From NCBI GenBank assembly GCA_907165135.1, contig OU015570.1, forward strand, positions 1,178,001 through 1,242,000: a stretch of 64,000 nt of DNA, given 5' to 3'. The translations under genes were made by a program, and so were the position numbers. This document shows positions 31,572 to 44,579 of this stretch, piece after piece. The notes under the pieces were generated by a model that saw nothing but the letters and a program-made list of their open reading frames with translations, was not told where the DNA came from and did not search any database. Within the stretch, counting starts at the first letter, position 1. Each line of letters opens with the position of its first letter. Origin of the DNA: Oikopleura dioica. Its lineage: Eukaryota; Animalia; Chordata.

Positions 31572-34012
31572 ATTTGACGGTATTCTCTGATTGTCAAAAT
31601 AAATTTCGAGAACCGGCGGTGATTATATGATACAGTTAATTATGGAATTTTCGGACATTTTTTGTCCCAAGATTTTCGCAAAAATGCCCAAAAATTTGAT
31701 ACACGCGGCCAAAAAAAATGTCCCATCCAAATCGCTTAAAAAATATTTTTTGAGGAAAATCTCCATCATTAGGGTCCGTACACAAAAATAAGGTACCCGA
31801 AATAATCGCTCAATCTTTTTGATTTTCTAATATGTTATATATACAGCTTATCTAAGTGATTTTGCTCTTTTAACTTTTTCCTAAACTAAAGGGTTGAAAA
31901 GATATGATGAGTCAAAAATGGGCATTTTCGGGTTCAATATGTTCTCCATCGACTTCAAAAAATTTGAAGGTACCAATATGACCGGAAAAACGAGCTTAAC
32001 TCCGGCCGAACTAGACCAATGTTGACCAGAGGTGGCTATATATTGGCCGAGCACGGCCATATATTGAATATTCATAATATTGGTCTTCCAGCAGATGAAG
32101 TCCTCCAAGGGGGTCCTCCAAGACAATAACGAAGACTTACAGGCTTCATATTTTCAAGAGCCACGGCGCCTAGGAGTACCAACCGATTTTAACCAAACTT
32201 TCATAGATTGTTCGTTACGGCATTTACTACAATATATCGAGTACTCGTTAGTGGTGTTTCCTGGTTTGGTGCTTCACTAGTGCCGTTTCACTAGAAATGT
32301 GCCTAAAGACGAATTAAATATTATTTTTTAGCAAAAAGGGTTGAAAAAATCTTTTTATATTTTTAAAGAATTTTAACTTCTTCAAAATGGCAATATTACT
32401 ATTGTAAATTTTCATATCAACGAGTTTAAAGAAACTTGAAAATCAAGAAATTTATTTGCGTGCGAACCCTACTGGTGTTTCCCTCTCTCCTGTCTTTTCA
32501 ATGTTTACCCGTAGTAAAACTCATACTTGAAGATATTATTCTCCCCAGGCAACTATCTTATCCCCGTCCAGCCGTGCCGCGACCAGCTGCGCGCGCTAAG
32601 TACAGTCATTTCTCAAGTTTGTTAACTCAAGTTTTGTTCTCAAGTTTTCTTTATTTGGCCTTAGACGCCAATGAGTACCGATTAAGTTAAGCTGATTGAG
32701 TGGGATCTGCTCAAAATTTAACGCGCTTTACAATGATGCAAGTTTCATGAAGAAAAAATAAAGTTTGCGAGACTTGATGCCTTTTGAAGTTGGGCTTCTC
32801 TTTTCTCGCTAGCTCATCAACCAAGAATGGTAGAGAAAAACTAAGAATAGGAACAGAAAACGGTAGAAACGGGTTATCCTTCGAGCTCGCCTCGAAGTGA
32901 CAACATGCCTTCTGGAGCAGCTATAATTCGACTCGCTCGAATGCAATGAAGGGCTTTAAGGCAGCTAAAATTCGAGCTTCGAAAATGAAACTAATCCTGT
33001 GAATGCCTTTAAATAAATTCTGCTTTATGTTTTGCATATAGTACCGCGATTTCATTCGGACTGACTGCAAGCGAGTGAGGGCGCTCGGGCGCCAGGCCCA
33101 GGGGAAATTTCGATTTCGGACTTTTGAACTCTCGCTCTGGGCGGAACGTTGCTCCGGCGTTGGGCGCGTATCCCTTCAAAGTGATCTCGCGTTTCTATTC
33201 TGCAGCTAAATAATAACTCAAAAATTTCTGAATCTGTCAATTCCACAGATTCCACCGATATTTGCGGAAAAAATCTGTGAAATTGACCATACCTACTGTA
33301 CATTACTCAATTCTTCGAGATCTATATCTTTTATATTGATGAAAAGTCCCCAGAAAGAATGTTTAAAAATTTTATTTTTTGAGCGTTGACCCTATTTATG
33401 CAGTAAAAATATCTCATTACCCTTAAATATAATTTTTGCAAAATATTCTGGTGAAAAATTCGGCCAGCGAGATTATAAATTGAGGGTCATTTTCTTTTTT
33501 GAGAGCTCTCGCAATCGCTATGAGCAGTGTTGAAAAACCCTTGACTAGAATCCTGCAACTTAGATCCTAAGGGGCCAAGCTCTGATGTCAAGGGAACTCC
33601 TATTCCTTGATTTCTATCATCTCGCGCTTTTTTTGCCGAAAAATTTTTGCTAGAAACAAATTTAAGAGTGAAAAAGATTTTTTGGTCGGTCGATGGTCAG
33701 CTATTTGGTTGGGTTCGTACGTTAAGAGCAAAATAACCATTTTTCTATCGCACACAGCGCTCGAGGGCTTCGGATGGAAGCATATGACTGTGGCAGTGTA
33801 GGTCTCGAAATCCGGGTGCTTTCGCTGGCAGTAGATTTGCCCTTAAAAATTAAATTTTGAAGAGTTTTAGCCAGGACTATTGTTCGTCGTCGGAAAGAAA
33901 TAAAAATAATCGCTCAAATGCGTAGGCTAAAAACAATAGCCTTTCATCGACAAAATTCGATAAGAATCGGAGAAATAGGAAAATTCGATGTTTTAGTTTA
34001 AATCGAAAATTG

Positions 34013-34688
34013 GGGTGACCTACGGTTCGTCAGGAAATGCCCCAAGGCTACGGTTCGTCAGGAAAAAATACCTTCCTGACGAACCGTAGATGTTGTTTTT
34101 TGCCCCGTATGGGTTAGGGTAACCCTAACCCTAACCCTAGCAAGAAGAAAAGGCAGGTGAAAATTTTCTAATCTTACTGCCCCTAACCACGGGGCTTCGC
34201 CCCTTAGGTCCTTAAATGCCGGGGTCTAGTCATGGGTTACTAAGGGTTACCTTCAGTAACCCTAACTAACTTTACCCTATCACCCTCGGGTAAATTATTC
34301 TGTCATTTTTCCCCGTGTCCCTAACCCTAACCTTAATTTAACCAGAAGTAACAATCGGGAAGCGCTCTGTTTGTGTACCAAATAGGGTTGGAAAACAAGA
34401 GAGTGCATATGCGCTCCGCGCCTGTCTTGTAGAAAACTATGAAAAAATATGTCAGTCAATCAGCAAAACAACGGAAAATATGTTCAAAAAAGTCTTCATG
34501 ATACATTTGAAATGTAACATTTCAGAAATGACCTAACTAGGAGAAAAGTCTCCTCGTGACCGCATATCACCTCTAAAACTTGGTAAACAATCGAGTTTCT
34601 AGAACGATATCCTCTCAACTACGGTTCGTCAGGAAAAAAAATACCTTCCTGACGAACCGTTGTTTTCCTGACAAAACGTAGGTAACCG
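34013..34688. mobile_element. MITE with GGTGACC TIR and 8-bp TSD (Merlin-like)
   Basis: TSD GAAAATTG at 34005-34012 and 34689-34696; TIR GGTGACCTACGGTTCGTCAGGAAA / TTTCCTGACAAAACGTAGGTAACC. Confidence 0.8.
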
Positions 34689-35158
34689 GAAAATTGCTGT
34701 TACAAATAAAGAATGAACAAACATTTTCCTTTGACAGATTCGTTAGAACAACAGAGCTGAGTGCACTTCTCGTTATATTCATATCTTTTAGAGAAATTTA
34801 ATTTTTAAAGATGATGTTCAACCGAATTCAGTAAGACACAGTTATTTCTCTCTTTTGTGGACATTTTTTGTCCCCATTTTTCGGAAAAATGTCCACAAAA
34901 GTGGACAAGAGCTCCAGAAAAAAAGTCCCGCCATAGACTATGGCCCATAGTCACTGAAAATTTTTTTATACATACGTTTTTATGGACAAATGGGAAAATT
35001 AATCGTCGAAGCGCTTTTTTATTGATTATATTTCGCCTTTTTCATAAGAATGCCTCTTAGAAAAAAAATAGGTTTTTGACAAAATATGCAACTTTTGCGT
35101 CACAAATTTTCTGACGATTCATTACGAAAGATGACCTCTGCTTTTGAAAGAATGACAT

Positions 35159-35838
35159 CAGTCGTTACGCACAATTCCGGAACGCACAATTCCGGACATT
35201 TAGGGAAAACGGAAAGAATTAAAAAATGCACAATTCCGAACAATTCGACAAAAAATTTTAACTGAAATTGCGAAAAAACTAAGAATGCTTGCTTATTTCT
35301 TCGGCTTTTCTGGGTTCTGTTGAGGTGCAATTTCCATGGCTTCTTATGGTTGTTCATCGACTTGCTCGCGATCATCGCCAAGATCAAGTTGCGCGAAATC
35401 CCGGGCCATAAGCAGCTTTTCTTCCACTCTTACAATCTGTTGGCGCTGGAGCTCTTCATCTTCATTCTCGATAGGCGCTTCCTAAATTGATAAATTAATA
35501 AAGAAAGTTATTAAGTTCAAATTTTACCTTATACTTTTGAAATCAAGGAATGCCGGATTTTCGCCAATATGTCCGTATTTCTTCCCGTAATGTTTGTTGA
35601 CTTCCTTGTATCCGGCGCCAGCTTTGATAAATCTACAGTAAAACTGCCTTCGCTTGAATTCTTAATCGACACGGGTAAATCCTTGCCGTTTTCTTTGCTG
35701 TTTTCTCGACATTTTACGTTTTGAATGAAAAACAAGCATTTTGATGACAAAAATATTTTTCCATCTAGAATCCGCACAATTCCGGACATTTGGCCCTTTT
35801 TGCTGAAAAAAAAATTCCGGAATTGTGCGTTACGACTG
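35159..35838. mobile_element. Tc1/mariner-type MITE carrying a two-exon coding fragment
   Basis: 23-bp TIR CAGTCGTTACGCACAATTCCGGA (1 mismatch), TA on the right flank; minus-strand fragment with a 53-nt intron (35534-35482). Confidence 0.75.
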
Positions 35839-37563
35839 TATAAGTAATAATGATAAAAAAGCAAATTCTTACTGAAAACAAATGGATCTACCAAAATTTA
35901 ATAACACCGACAGTAGTGACGTTTTGGTTGATAAGGCTACCGCGTTACTCAGATTGGGAGGAACTCGATCTGAGAGAGTCATGGTTTTGTATTTGAATTC
36001 TTAATTGCCTGAAGATGTTCAAGATTTGGTCATCAAAGAATTAAAATAACTCACTACAGTAACGGTAGCCGATTTCGCTGACATTCTCCGTAGATGTACT
36101 AAGGTGGATGATGGGGTTATGGCCAGGACGCTTCAGGAACTTATTTTCGATCCGGCAAAATTCTCCAATTTCCAATCCATCGGATATATATCCGGGAAAG
36201 CACTTGTAACGAACCACGAGGGACGAATTTAAAGCTTTTCAGCTCCAAGCGACCAACATCTGCATAGATAATTTTCTGGTCGATTATGCTAGAATTCGCT
36301 CAGTAAGCTCAGATAGAAAATATTTTTCCTACTGGAAAGTTTTGTTATTTTTTCTCACAAACTTCTTTTGCCTTGCATCCCATCTTTACTGTTTCAAGGC
36401 CAAGTTACTTTTACTAAACAGTAATGAAACACTTCTGGATCCCAATCATAGAAGTGCAAAAATATTAATCCAAAATTCGCAATTTCTGAAAATTTTTTTT
36501 ATCGTTAAGGATACCCTTAATCTAACCGGAAATTATAATTTTCTTCTGGTACAGGCAATGAGGCGCCTGGAATTTTGTGATATTAAGGCTATACTAACAT
36601 TTTGGTCATTCTGAAATGGGTTAATAGTTCCGCCAGCAGAAAGGCGATTAAAAACACTTTTTTCTGTTTATTTATAAATTTTTGCGAAGATGCAATGGGA
36701 CGGAAAAATATAAATTTTCGGTTTTGACAAAACATCGTAAACGTAATATTTTCGATAATCTAAAAATGCAGTTATATCAAGCTTAAACTGCCATTCAAGA
36801 ATCTTGAAAAAATTTTGGTTTTTACGATTCTAGTGCCCAGGCGGCGAGATCTAAGAAAAAGTTACGAACTCGCCTAGGGACCAGGAGTACTTATTTTTCG
36901 GATTTTTTGGGCTCAATTATTCTCTATGATCCGAGGATTGTCATGATTGCTTCAGATCGAAAATTACTTATCGCAATTCGTAGATATGATCAAAACAAAT
37001 TTTTATTAGAAAAATGATAAAAGTCGCAACTTTACTCAATTTCAACGCTTTATGAATGGTAAAACTAATTCAAATATAGTTTTCTATCTAACTGGACGGA
37101 AATTCAACTTCCGGTTTTGATTATCTTTGATTCTAGAGCCAAACTTTCGATTTTTGATCGGAATTTTTGACAGATTTTAAATAAAATTCTTCAAAATCAG
37201 CATCTTATTAATGACAATAATGATTTTTATCATAAATTTGAACAAGGATAATGATAGTCTTTACGGATTATCTGTAAATTCACCGTTTGTTTCCCGCCCG
37301 CGGCGAGCGCTCTCCTCCTAGTGCGCCCTCTTTTGAAAGATTTAAGCAGTCGAGAGTCCTTTTGATTATTAAAACTCAAGAATAATTTTTCTTTTACGAA
37401 GACAATAAAACCCAGGGGTTTCTTTATCGACATTTTAGGCGCTTTCAGTCAAAGTTCAAAATAACTTATAAGAGGGACTTTGGCTCAAAATGCTGAAAAT
37501 GTCAATAAAGAAACCCCTGATAAAAATTATGTAAATTCTTATAGAAATATATTTACTCAGAAA

Positions 37564-38153
37564 ATGTTCCAATGTCTCAGTTGCAGACGAACATTCAACA
37601 ATTGGTCAGCAACTCCTTGGACTTGCAACTATTGTCATTCGAACTTCGTTGATGAAACAGAAGCACAAGATACAGTTATTATCGAACCTACCCATATGGT
37701 AGCCAGGCCAGTCCAAGAGAATGATTTTTCAAATCTCCGAACGCCAATCAGAGAGCGTGGAGGAATTCGCGGGCCTTGCCGACCTTCGAACGCGCGTATA
37801 AATACTTCCCCACAGTTATGGGTGGATAACAAACTGTTATTAACAATGGCTTTATAATTTCGAGAAATAGCGCACCAGCAAATGCAAATATTCCATTATT
37901 ATCTAGAAATTCTAGAGCTCAATTACCACGGGCTTACACACTTGATAAATTACTCGAACACATGACAATAAAAAATCTTCCGGAAAATGACGACAATAAC
38001 TGTAGCATCTGCCTGGAATGCTTTATTGAGCCGCCAACATTTCTGAATAATTGTCAGCATTTCTTCCACAAGAATTGCATTGAAAGATGGGCAGTGCAAA
38101 AGCCGACATGCCCTATTTGCATTAAAAATATCGTGAATGGAAATCTTTTCTAA
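37564..38153 (+). CDS. Intronless RING-H2 E3 ligase-like gene with N-terminal zinc ribbon (RNF126/RNF115-like architecture), ~196 aa, one -1 shift near 37830
   Basis: CLSC...CNYCHSNFVDE; CSICLECF...CQHFFHKNCIERW...CPIC; TTTACTCAG|aaaATG. Confidence 0.75.
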
Positions 38154-38667
38154 AAATTTTTTTCATAATGCTGAATAAACAAAATTTCAAAAAATTTTCT
38201 TAGTCAGCAAAATTACCAAAATATTGATGAGTCAGCAAAAATTTCTGATGAACCAGCAAATTTTTCTGATGAGTCAGCAAAATTTCACAATGAAAATTGT
38301 CAAGTCAGCAAAAACTCAACTAGTCATCTACCTTTGACGACAATAGTGAGTCAATGATATCTTATCGACAACGTGATTCGATTCAAGGCAGATTCAGTAT
38401 TTACTCAGAATCAGGTCTGATCCTGAAGGTTGAAGTCATTCGTCATCCTCAATATTGCAATAGTGGACAATGACTAGAAGAAAAATGCCAGCAAAGCTCA
38501 CCAATCAGCAGACATTCACAGACGATAAGTAGGCTTTTGCTGATACAGGTTAAAACCGAGCGGTGACTCGCGAGACATTCACCTCAGGCAAAAGTCATAG
38601 GGCGTGCCTGAGCAAAGCAGCCCCATTGAGTGACTTAAGAGCGCCATTAGGGCGCCACAAAAAGCAA

Positions 38668-38675
38668 TATATAAA
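38668..38675 (+). promoter_or_regulatory. TATA box candidate
   Basis: TATATAAA ending 33 nt upstream of the ATG at 38708. Confidence 0.55.
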
Positions 38676-38707
38676 CGAACGAAATTCTAGTTCATCCATC
38701 ATTCACT

Positions 38708-39928
38708 ATGAATAAAGAACAAGATCAGAAAAATCTTCCCTCTTTGAACAAACCTTCAACCGAAAAGATGAACGAAGAAAACCCTGACAAACCTGGAATG
38801 GAAAGCAATGACGAACTCTTCATCGACAACGGCAGCGACGAAGAGTACGAACTTATCGAGAAAGATTCCGAGATTGACGTCGACGAAGTGCTGCCAAAAA
38901 CTCCTCCAAACACTCCACGACCGAGTCAAGAACGTCATGCAGAAAACCAATTCTTCCCAGAACCAAGGCCGAGCAGCAGCAGCTCGCCATCGTCTATCAG
39001 GGTTAATATCGGTTCAGACATCGAGGGCCGCGAGGTCGAAATCCTCGATGAGTTCGAGTCCCTCGAGGACCCTCCGATTATTAATGATGAACTGGCAAAC
39101 AATGACGAATGGGATTTTGAGCCTGGTGCTGAAACTAATGATGTAAGTGAACCTTTGCTTAAAAGGACCAGAAAGGTCGAATTCGCCGACCAATCCACGA
39201 TAAGAAAATTGGAGCACCACCTTGGCTCAGGACCACGCCACAAATATCAGCGAAACGAGCTGTTAAAACTTAACAATCCTAACAAGAAAGCACGCTTCAA
39301 CTGCTGCGGTCAACATTTCCACGGACCTGACCGAAGCCATAGCCCTTTCCCGAAATTAAAAAAAAACATCCGAAAAAAAGCTCCTCCCAGTAGAAACTTC
39401 AACGAAAAACGAGCATTCTGGAGACGCCAAGAAAAACTTCCTGCCCATAAGCGACTTCCCAAAATTGGCAGTGAACTTGATCTGACCCACCGCTACACAA
39501 TCGTCAAGCCTGAAAACCGAAGTTACTTGCGTAACGCCCTCAAAGGCGGACTTTGGCATCACATCGAGGACGCTTTAGCGAAAATTGATGACGAATGTGA
39601 ATCCCTTACTACAAATCTCGTCAAGGAACTCAACAACTATGTAAAGAACTCGATGAACAAGGGTACTATTCCTCGTCAAATAATCGGATACAATCTCAAC
39701 ATGTTCCCGAGATACCACAGAGCGTCAGTCAGCGCTGTTCTCCTCGCTTCACCAGGCGACTTGTTACACTATTTCAACTACCCGTCGATTTCGTACCAAA
39801 TGAACAAAACAGTCAACGCATCTGAAATTTGGAACCGAATCCCTTCAAAGAACAAAATCGTCGTGTATCGAATGGCCCTCGAGGCCGGTGCTTGCTTAAT
39901 TGAACGACAAACTGACCGACAACGATAA
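38708..39928 (+). CDS. Intact 406-aa orphan ORF upstream of a PPT-LTR
   Basis: Uninterrupted frame; acidic disordered N-half, basic middle, globular-looking C-half; no recognised motif. Confidence 0.75.
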   Translation: MNKEQDQKNLPSLNKPSTEKMNEENPDKPGMESNDELFIDNGSDEEYELIEKDSEIDVDEVLPKTPPNTPRPSQERHAENQFFPEPRPSSSSSPSSIRVNIGSDIEGREVEILDEFESLEDPPIINDELANNDEWDFEPGAETNDVSEPLLKRTRKVEFADQSTIRKLEHHLGSGPRHKYQRNELLKLNNPNKKARFNCCGQHFHGPDRSHSPFPKLKKNIRKKAPPSRNFNEKRAFWRRQEKLPAHKRLPKIGSELDLTHRYTIVKPENRSYLRNALKGGLWHHIEDALAKIDDECESLTTNLVKELNNYVKNSMNKGTIPRQIIGYNLNMFPRYHRASVSAVLLASPGDLLHYFNYPSISYQMNKTVNASEIWNRIPSKNKIVVYRMALEAGACLIERQTDRQR

Positions 39929-40213
39929 TTCTTTATAGCTCATGGATACATCATCACTATTCTTCTACATTACTCATGGATACATCATCACTTTTCTTCT
40001 ACATAACTTATGGATACATCTCTAATAACGGAAAACAATAGCTTTTGCTTCATTGAAACCACAACTGAAAACGATTCTCGACCGACACGCTTATGCCGTC
40101 GATTTTCGCTTTAAACATAAATCATGCTATAAACTCATGCTATAGAACGCCGCTTCTGTGATTCAATTTCCAGCCCAGTTTCGTGTCATCCCTGAAGATA
40201 ACCCGACTTCCTC

Positions 40214-40700
40214 GGGGGGAGGGATGATAGCCCAATTAGTCAGAGCTGACACAACATCGCGCACCATCACGATCCTTTGGCCTATTCAACATCATCGCAC
40301 TCCAAGATGACTCGATGCGCGCAGCGCCCCATCAGCCTTGTTGTGATTAGGCTCCGAGTCAGAGCCGAGCTGACTGATCATCCTGATGGCGCTCGCCAAG
40401 CAAAACCTTCAACACTGCAACCATGCCTCAATCGCCACCGATCCTGATGAACACTCAGGTTGGCGCCAAAGATAACGTTATTCACTGTTCGTACTCTTTC
40501 GCCACCGTTTTTGCGCCATTTGACTGACTATATAAGGGCCGTGAAACTGGAATAAATCAATTAATTATAACCAACCAAAAGACTCTCTTACTTCTAAACT
40601 ACTCTACAACCGCAACAGCAACTTTGCAGACAACAACTGGAAGGCCTAGAAGGCTTCCAATCTAGTTCTTGAAGGTTCCTTCTTGAACGTTTGAACACTA
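40214..40700 (+). repeat. PPT (40214-40224) plus LTR-like sequence from 40225 (right end approximate)
   Basis: GGGGGGAGGGA then TG; TATAAG at ~40529; AATAAA at ~40551; AC-rich U5-like tract resembling the solo LTR at 59934. Confidence 0.65.
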
Positions 40701-41191
40701 GTTGGTCACAGGACTTGCCCTCTGGCTTGTCAGATCCCTAGTATTACAGGCACGGCAACGTTATTTCTCTTCACCCAGTACTGACCTTAGGGCTTGTACT
40801 GTTACGGAGGGAACCTGAAAAATTAAGCACAAAATAAAGATAAGCCGGAAAATAAATATGCATTTGGGAAAGCCTCCAATGTGTTTATTTTTGTTTCCGA
40901 TTTATATTCTGCTTCCAGTAGACGGTCTTCTCGTTGAAGAGTCCTCCAGGGCTTATCCGGGAGGTCCTCCGGAAAAATCAGGGAAAATTTTGTATGATTG
41001 TATTGAAGAAATAAGGCTTATTTATCTTGTTTGAAATTCAAAGATTTCTTCCATGAGTACTGGTCTATCAGCAAAAAGTCATCCGGCATATTTGTTTCCT
41101 ATATAAAAATTTTTGGTCGATCACGATTCATCCGGAACGATGGCAATAACTCGGAAGGTGGATTCTAGGCACGCTCTTTACAGTGAAATAA

Positions 41192-41755
41192 CCGTGGTTT
41201 TCCAACTTACGAGCGTTTTTCGGATGATAAGCCTCGCTCAAATCGCTCTTTAGTTGGAAAATTTTCAATGAAGGTAGGATGTCAGTGGGATTTTCCATTT
41301 TTCCATTGGAAAAATTGTTTTTCGAGATCAGATCAATTTTCCAGAATTGGGCTCGAGCGCATTTCATGATTCTGAGTTCATTTATTCCTCAAAATTTAAT
41401 TCCATTGCAAAGATGGCAGGAAACGAGAAAAGAATTCACATTTCCTTGGCAGAGAAGAAAAAATATGCGCAGTTTCAAGTGAAGGCACCAAAACGAAAAA
41501 ATGGTAGGAAGACTGTGATGGAGCTTTATCGAAAGAAGAATGATGGAGGAAGATCTGATCGAGCATTTCCTGGCGCTTCAAATTGATGAAACACAAGCCG
41601 CGACCGCGAGGGAGATTGAAGAAGAGCCTCAAGTTCAAGTGACAGAGAGCACCGACACTGCAAAGCCTTTGACTTCGAAATGTCCAGAAAAGCAGTCAAA
41701 GATAACAAATTTTTTAATAAATGATTCACTGTGAGTCTGAAAATTTTTGACTGGC
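41192..41755 (+). mobile_element. Second, 3'-truncated relative of the pogo-like element at 2527-3292
   Basis: Starts CCGTGGTTTTCCA; shares AAAAAATATGCGCAG and GAAGAACCTCAAGTTCAA segments; retains transposase N- and C-terminal stubs. Confidence 0.75.
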
Positions 41756-41780
41756 ACTACAGAAAAGACAACCAGTTTTT

Positions 41781-41900
41781 TAGGAGCACACTCAAATGCT
41801 CGGCGCGCTCATTTGCTCGGGCGCTCAAATGCTCGGACGCTCTTTTGCACGGACACAAGCGAAAGAGTGTCCAAAGCGAATGAGCGTTCAATTTAATTGG
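41781..41900. repeat. Dispersed repeat with an inverted copy at ~55932-56051
   Basis: Both translate to EHLSARANERAEHLSVLL on opposite strands; further matches at ~42147 and ~55845. Confidence 0.75.
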
Positions 41901-42949
41901 ACGAAAATTAGCACAAGAATATTTCTCCGAAAATAAACAATTAAAAGTGATCATCAGCGTATTCTCACTCTAAATGCTGTATTTTCTAAATATACGCTTA
42001 AATTACTCATTGTATGATCATCTTAACAATTCTGGACAATTATTACATAACACTTGATGACTTATTGAAAAAAAAATAATGTTCACTTTTATTTCTTCCC
42101 GGTGATTTCGTGTTTTTGGAAATTGCTCCGAATATATTTCGATTAGGGACCGAACGCAAATCAGGGGTCAAAATTTTAAATCGCTTGAAATGAAAATTTA
42201 CAATAGTAAATCGAGTATGGCGATCATTTTCTTTCATTACAGTAACCCCGAAAAATGTCCGGAAGACCGAGAAAATCACTGCTCTAACCCTAATTTGGCC
42301 ATTTTGAGAGTGAAAGAGTCGATGCTTAAGTTTTGGCACCAAAAAAATCGATGGGAATTGATCAAAGGATGAAAATGCCAAAAAATGAAGGTAGGTTTCC
42401 AACTGCCTCTTGTTAAGCAAGCATTTTAAAGTCTTCGAGCTTGAAAAATCGAAAAAAAAATGAAAAAAAGAGGAATCGAGCTCGCGCCCTCATGCGAACC
42501 CAGCAGAAGCGATATCCACTAGGCCAGCAGTGTTGATGCATGAGGCTTACATTAACCAGGATTTATACTTGTTTTTGATTATTCTCAGAACATGACAGAC
42601 CTTCTCATTGATCGTTTGCCAGTTAACAGAATCGAAGTCGGCGAAGAAATCATCATGGGTAGACTGTAATCAGTTTGGGTAAATTAAGCTTTCAAAGAAA
42701 CGAGCTTAAAATCCGCGGAAAAAGGTTTATGTCTGCGAGACGCGAGTCTATGAGACCTGGGCCGGTACTGTTACGTTTATTACGTAACATGTACTAATGT
42801 TAGGTTCTGTTTCGAGAGTGATCTTATGCCGCAACGCGAAATTTTGCAACATGGCATTTCTGCGAAATTTTTTTTTTCTGTTATTTTTAATAATTAAGAG
42901 AATAATATAATTCAGTTTAGAGAAATTGCTAAATATTTTATCCTCGCCA

Positions 42950-43400
42950 AATACATGAAGAAATTCTTCATCCGTCACGACAAGAAAACCGACTTCTGGA
43001 AGTTTTTCGCTGGTTTGTTGGCCGCTGGTGATGCCGCCGGTGCTACATCCATGGCTTTCGTCTATCCCCTCGACTTTGCCAGAACTTGATTGAGCGCTGA
43101 TGTCGGGTAGGTGACCGAAAAGCATGTACTTTAGAAGTTTATGCGTGAGTTCAGAGCGCTTCTGATCGACAATTCAACGGAATCCGCGACTGTATGAGAA
43201 AGATCTACAAGGCCTACGGTATCACCGGTCTCTACTAAGACTTAACCATCTCCGTATTCGGAATCATCATCTACAGAGCTTGCTTCTTCGTCTCTACCAT
43301 AGAATGAAGGTAAAAAATTCCGACAAAACTCTTAAACAAGCTCTTTAGGGCTCTCAACGAATGTACAGCGGCTCTATCGACTGCGCTAGAAAAATCCTCG
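42950..43400 (+). pseudogene. ANT: ADP/ATP translocase (SLC25A4/5/6 family) pseudogene fragment
   Basis: [37 protein letters not shown]; RQFNGIRDCMRKIYK...GLY*...GIIIYRA; MYSGSIDCARKI. Stops, a ~48-nt intron and an internal deletion. Confidence 0.9.
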
Positions 43401-44579
43401 CCAACGAACTCAAGCAGTTTAGCTGTTAACTCTCAGGCTGACAAAGAATTAATATCATTATTTATTTATTCTATTAACATACATAATAATATTGTATTGT
43501 TATAATAGATTTTTTCTAAAAAATTTAAAACTAAAAGAAAGAATTTCTCTAGTTGTAAAACATTTTGGAACAATATTCGGCATATTTTTGGTGGTTGAAT
43601 GCTCTTAAGGGATCCCCCCTGATTTCGCCAACTTTGACCTCTATCTACATTTTCTGAGCTTACGTAGGAAGCTGGTTTTGGGCGCATTAGAAAGCCCGCT
43701 TCGAAAGGAGCAAATTCTGGTAGAATCAGCTTGCCAGCAAAACATTCGCTTAGATGAAATTAAAAACATCATTTGAGGCAAAATTTTTCAAAAAATTTTA
43801 TTGCTCCATTTGAAAGAGTAAAAATTCTGAGTCGAATGAACTATTTCCGGCTCTATAATTTAACAAAATGACGTCATTATGAGTCATTCTGCTCAAAAAC
43901 TTTTGGGCCGATTTTGAAGGGGTTTTCGATGGATTTTTCGGAGTTCTTAGGCTCATGAAAATCGCCATCGAAAATTGAGGTGGGGTTTTGAAGCATTTTG
44001 AGAAATATTTAGGGAACCACCCTCAATTATCGGATAATCAGCATTATCGGATAATTGAATAAAAAATTCTAGTTGTAAAACTTTTTGAAACGATTTTTAA
44101 CGTTATTTGGGTGTTAGAATGCTCTCTAGCGCCAACAACTGGCCGAAAATTCTAGTGCGGTTATTATATTCGTAATCTTCACATTCTAAGCTTTCGAAAG
44201 AGCCCTTGGTTGTGTTATTTCGATGACAATGAAAAATCGAAAAAATTGCGATTTTCACGCTTAGTACAATTAATATGCATTTTCCTGAACTTTGGGAGCC
44301 AAAATTTTGGGGATGCATTTATGTAAAGGGGTACTATGATATATCAAAATGATCCTCAGAATACGAGGAATCTAATCATAGGCGATAATGACCGGTGCCA
44401 AAGTTTTGAAAAATCGGGGGGGTGATCCCTTAAGCGCCAACAAATGGCCAAAAATTCTAGTGCAGTTATTATATCCGTATTCGAAACATTCCAATCTTTC
44501 AAAAATCCCCTTATTTGTCCTCTTTTGATAACGACAAAAAATTGAAAAAAATTGCGATTTTCGTGCTAAGTGCATTCAA

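Noticed and set aside
34110-34335. Telomere (CCCTAA repeats)
   Set aside because: Only 2-3 degenerate units, internal to a MITE.
40703-40716. Primer-binding site TGGTCACAGG after the LTR
   Set aside because: Starts with TGG, but I cannot match it to a known tRNA 3' end and no gag follows.
41755-41766. CACTACAGAAAA as a CACTA transposon end
   Set aside because: No matching inverted end or 3-bp TSD found.
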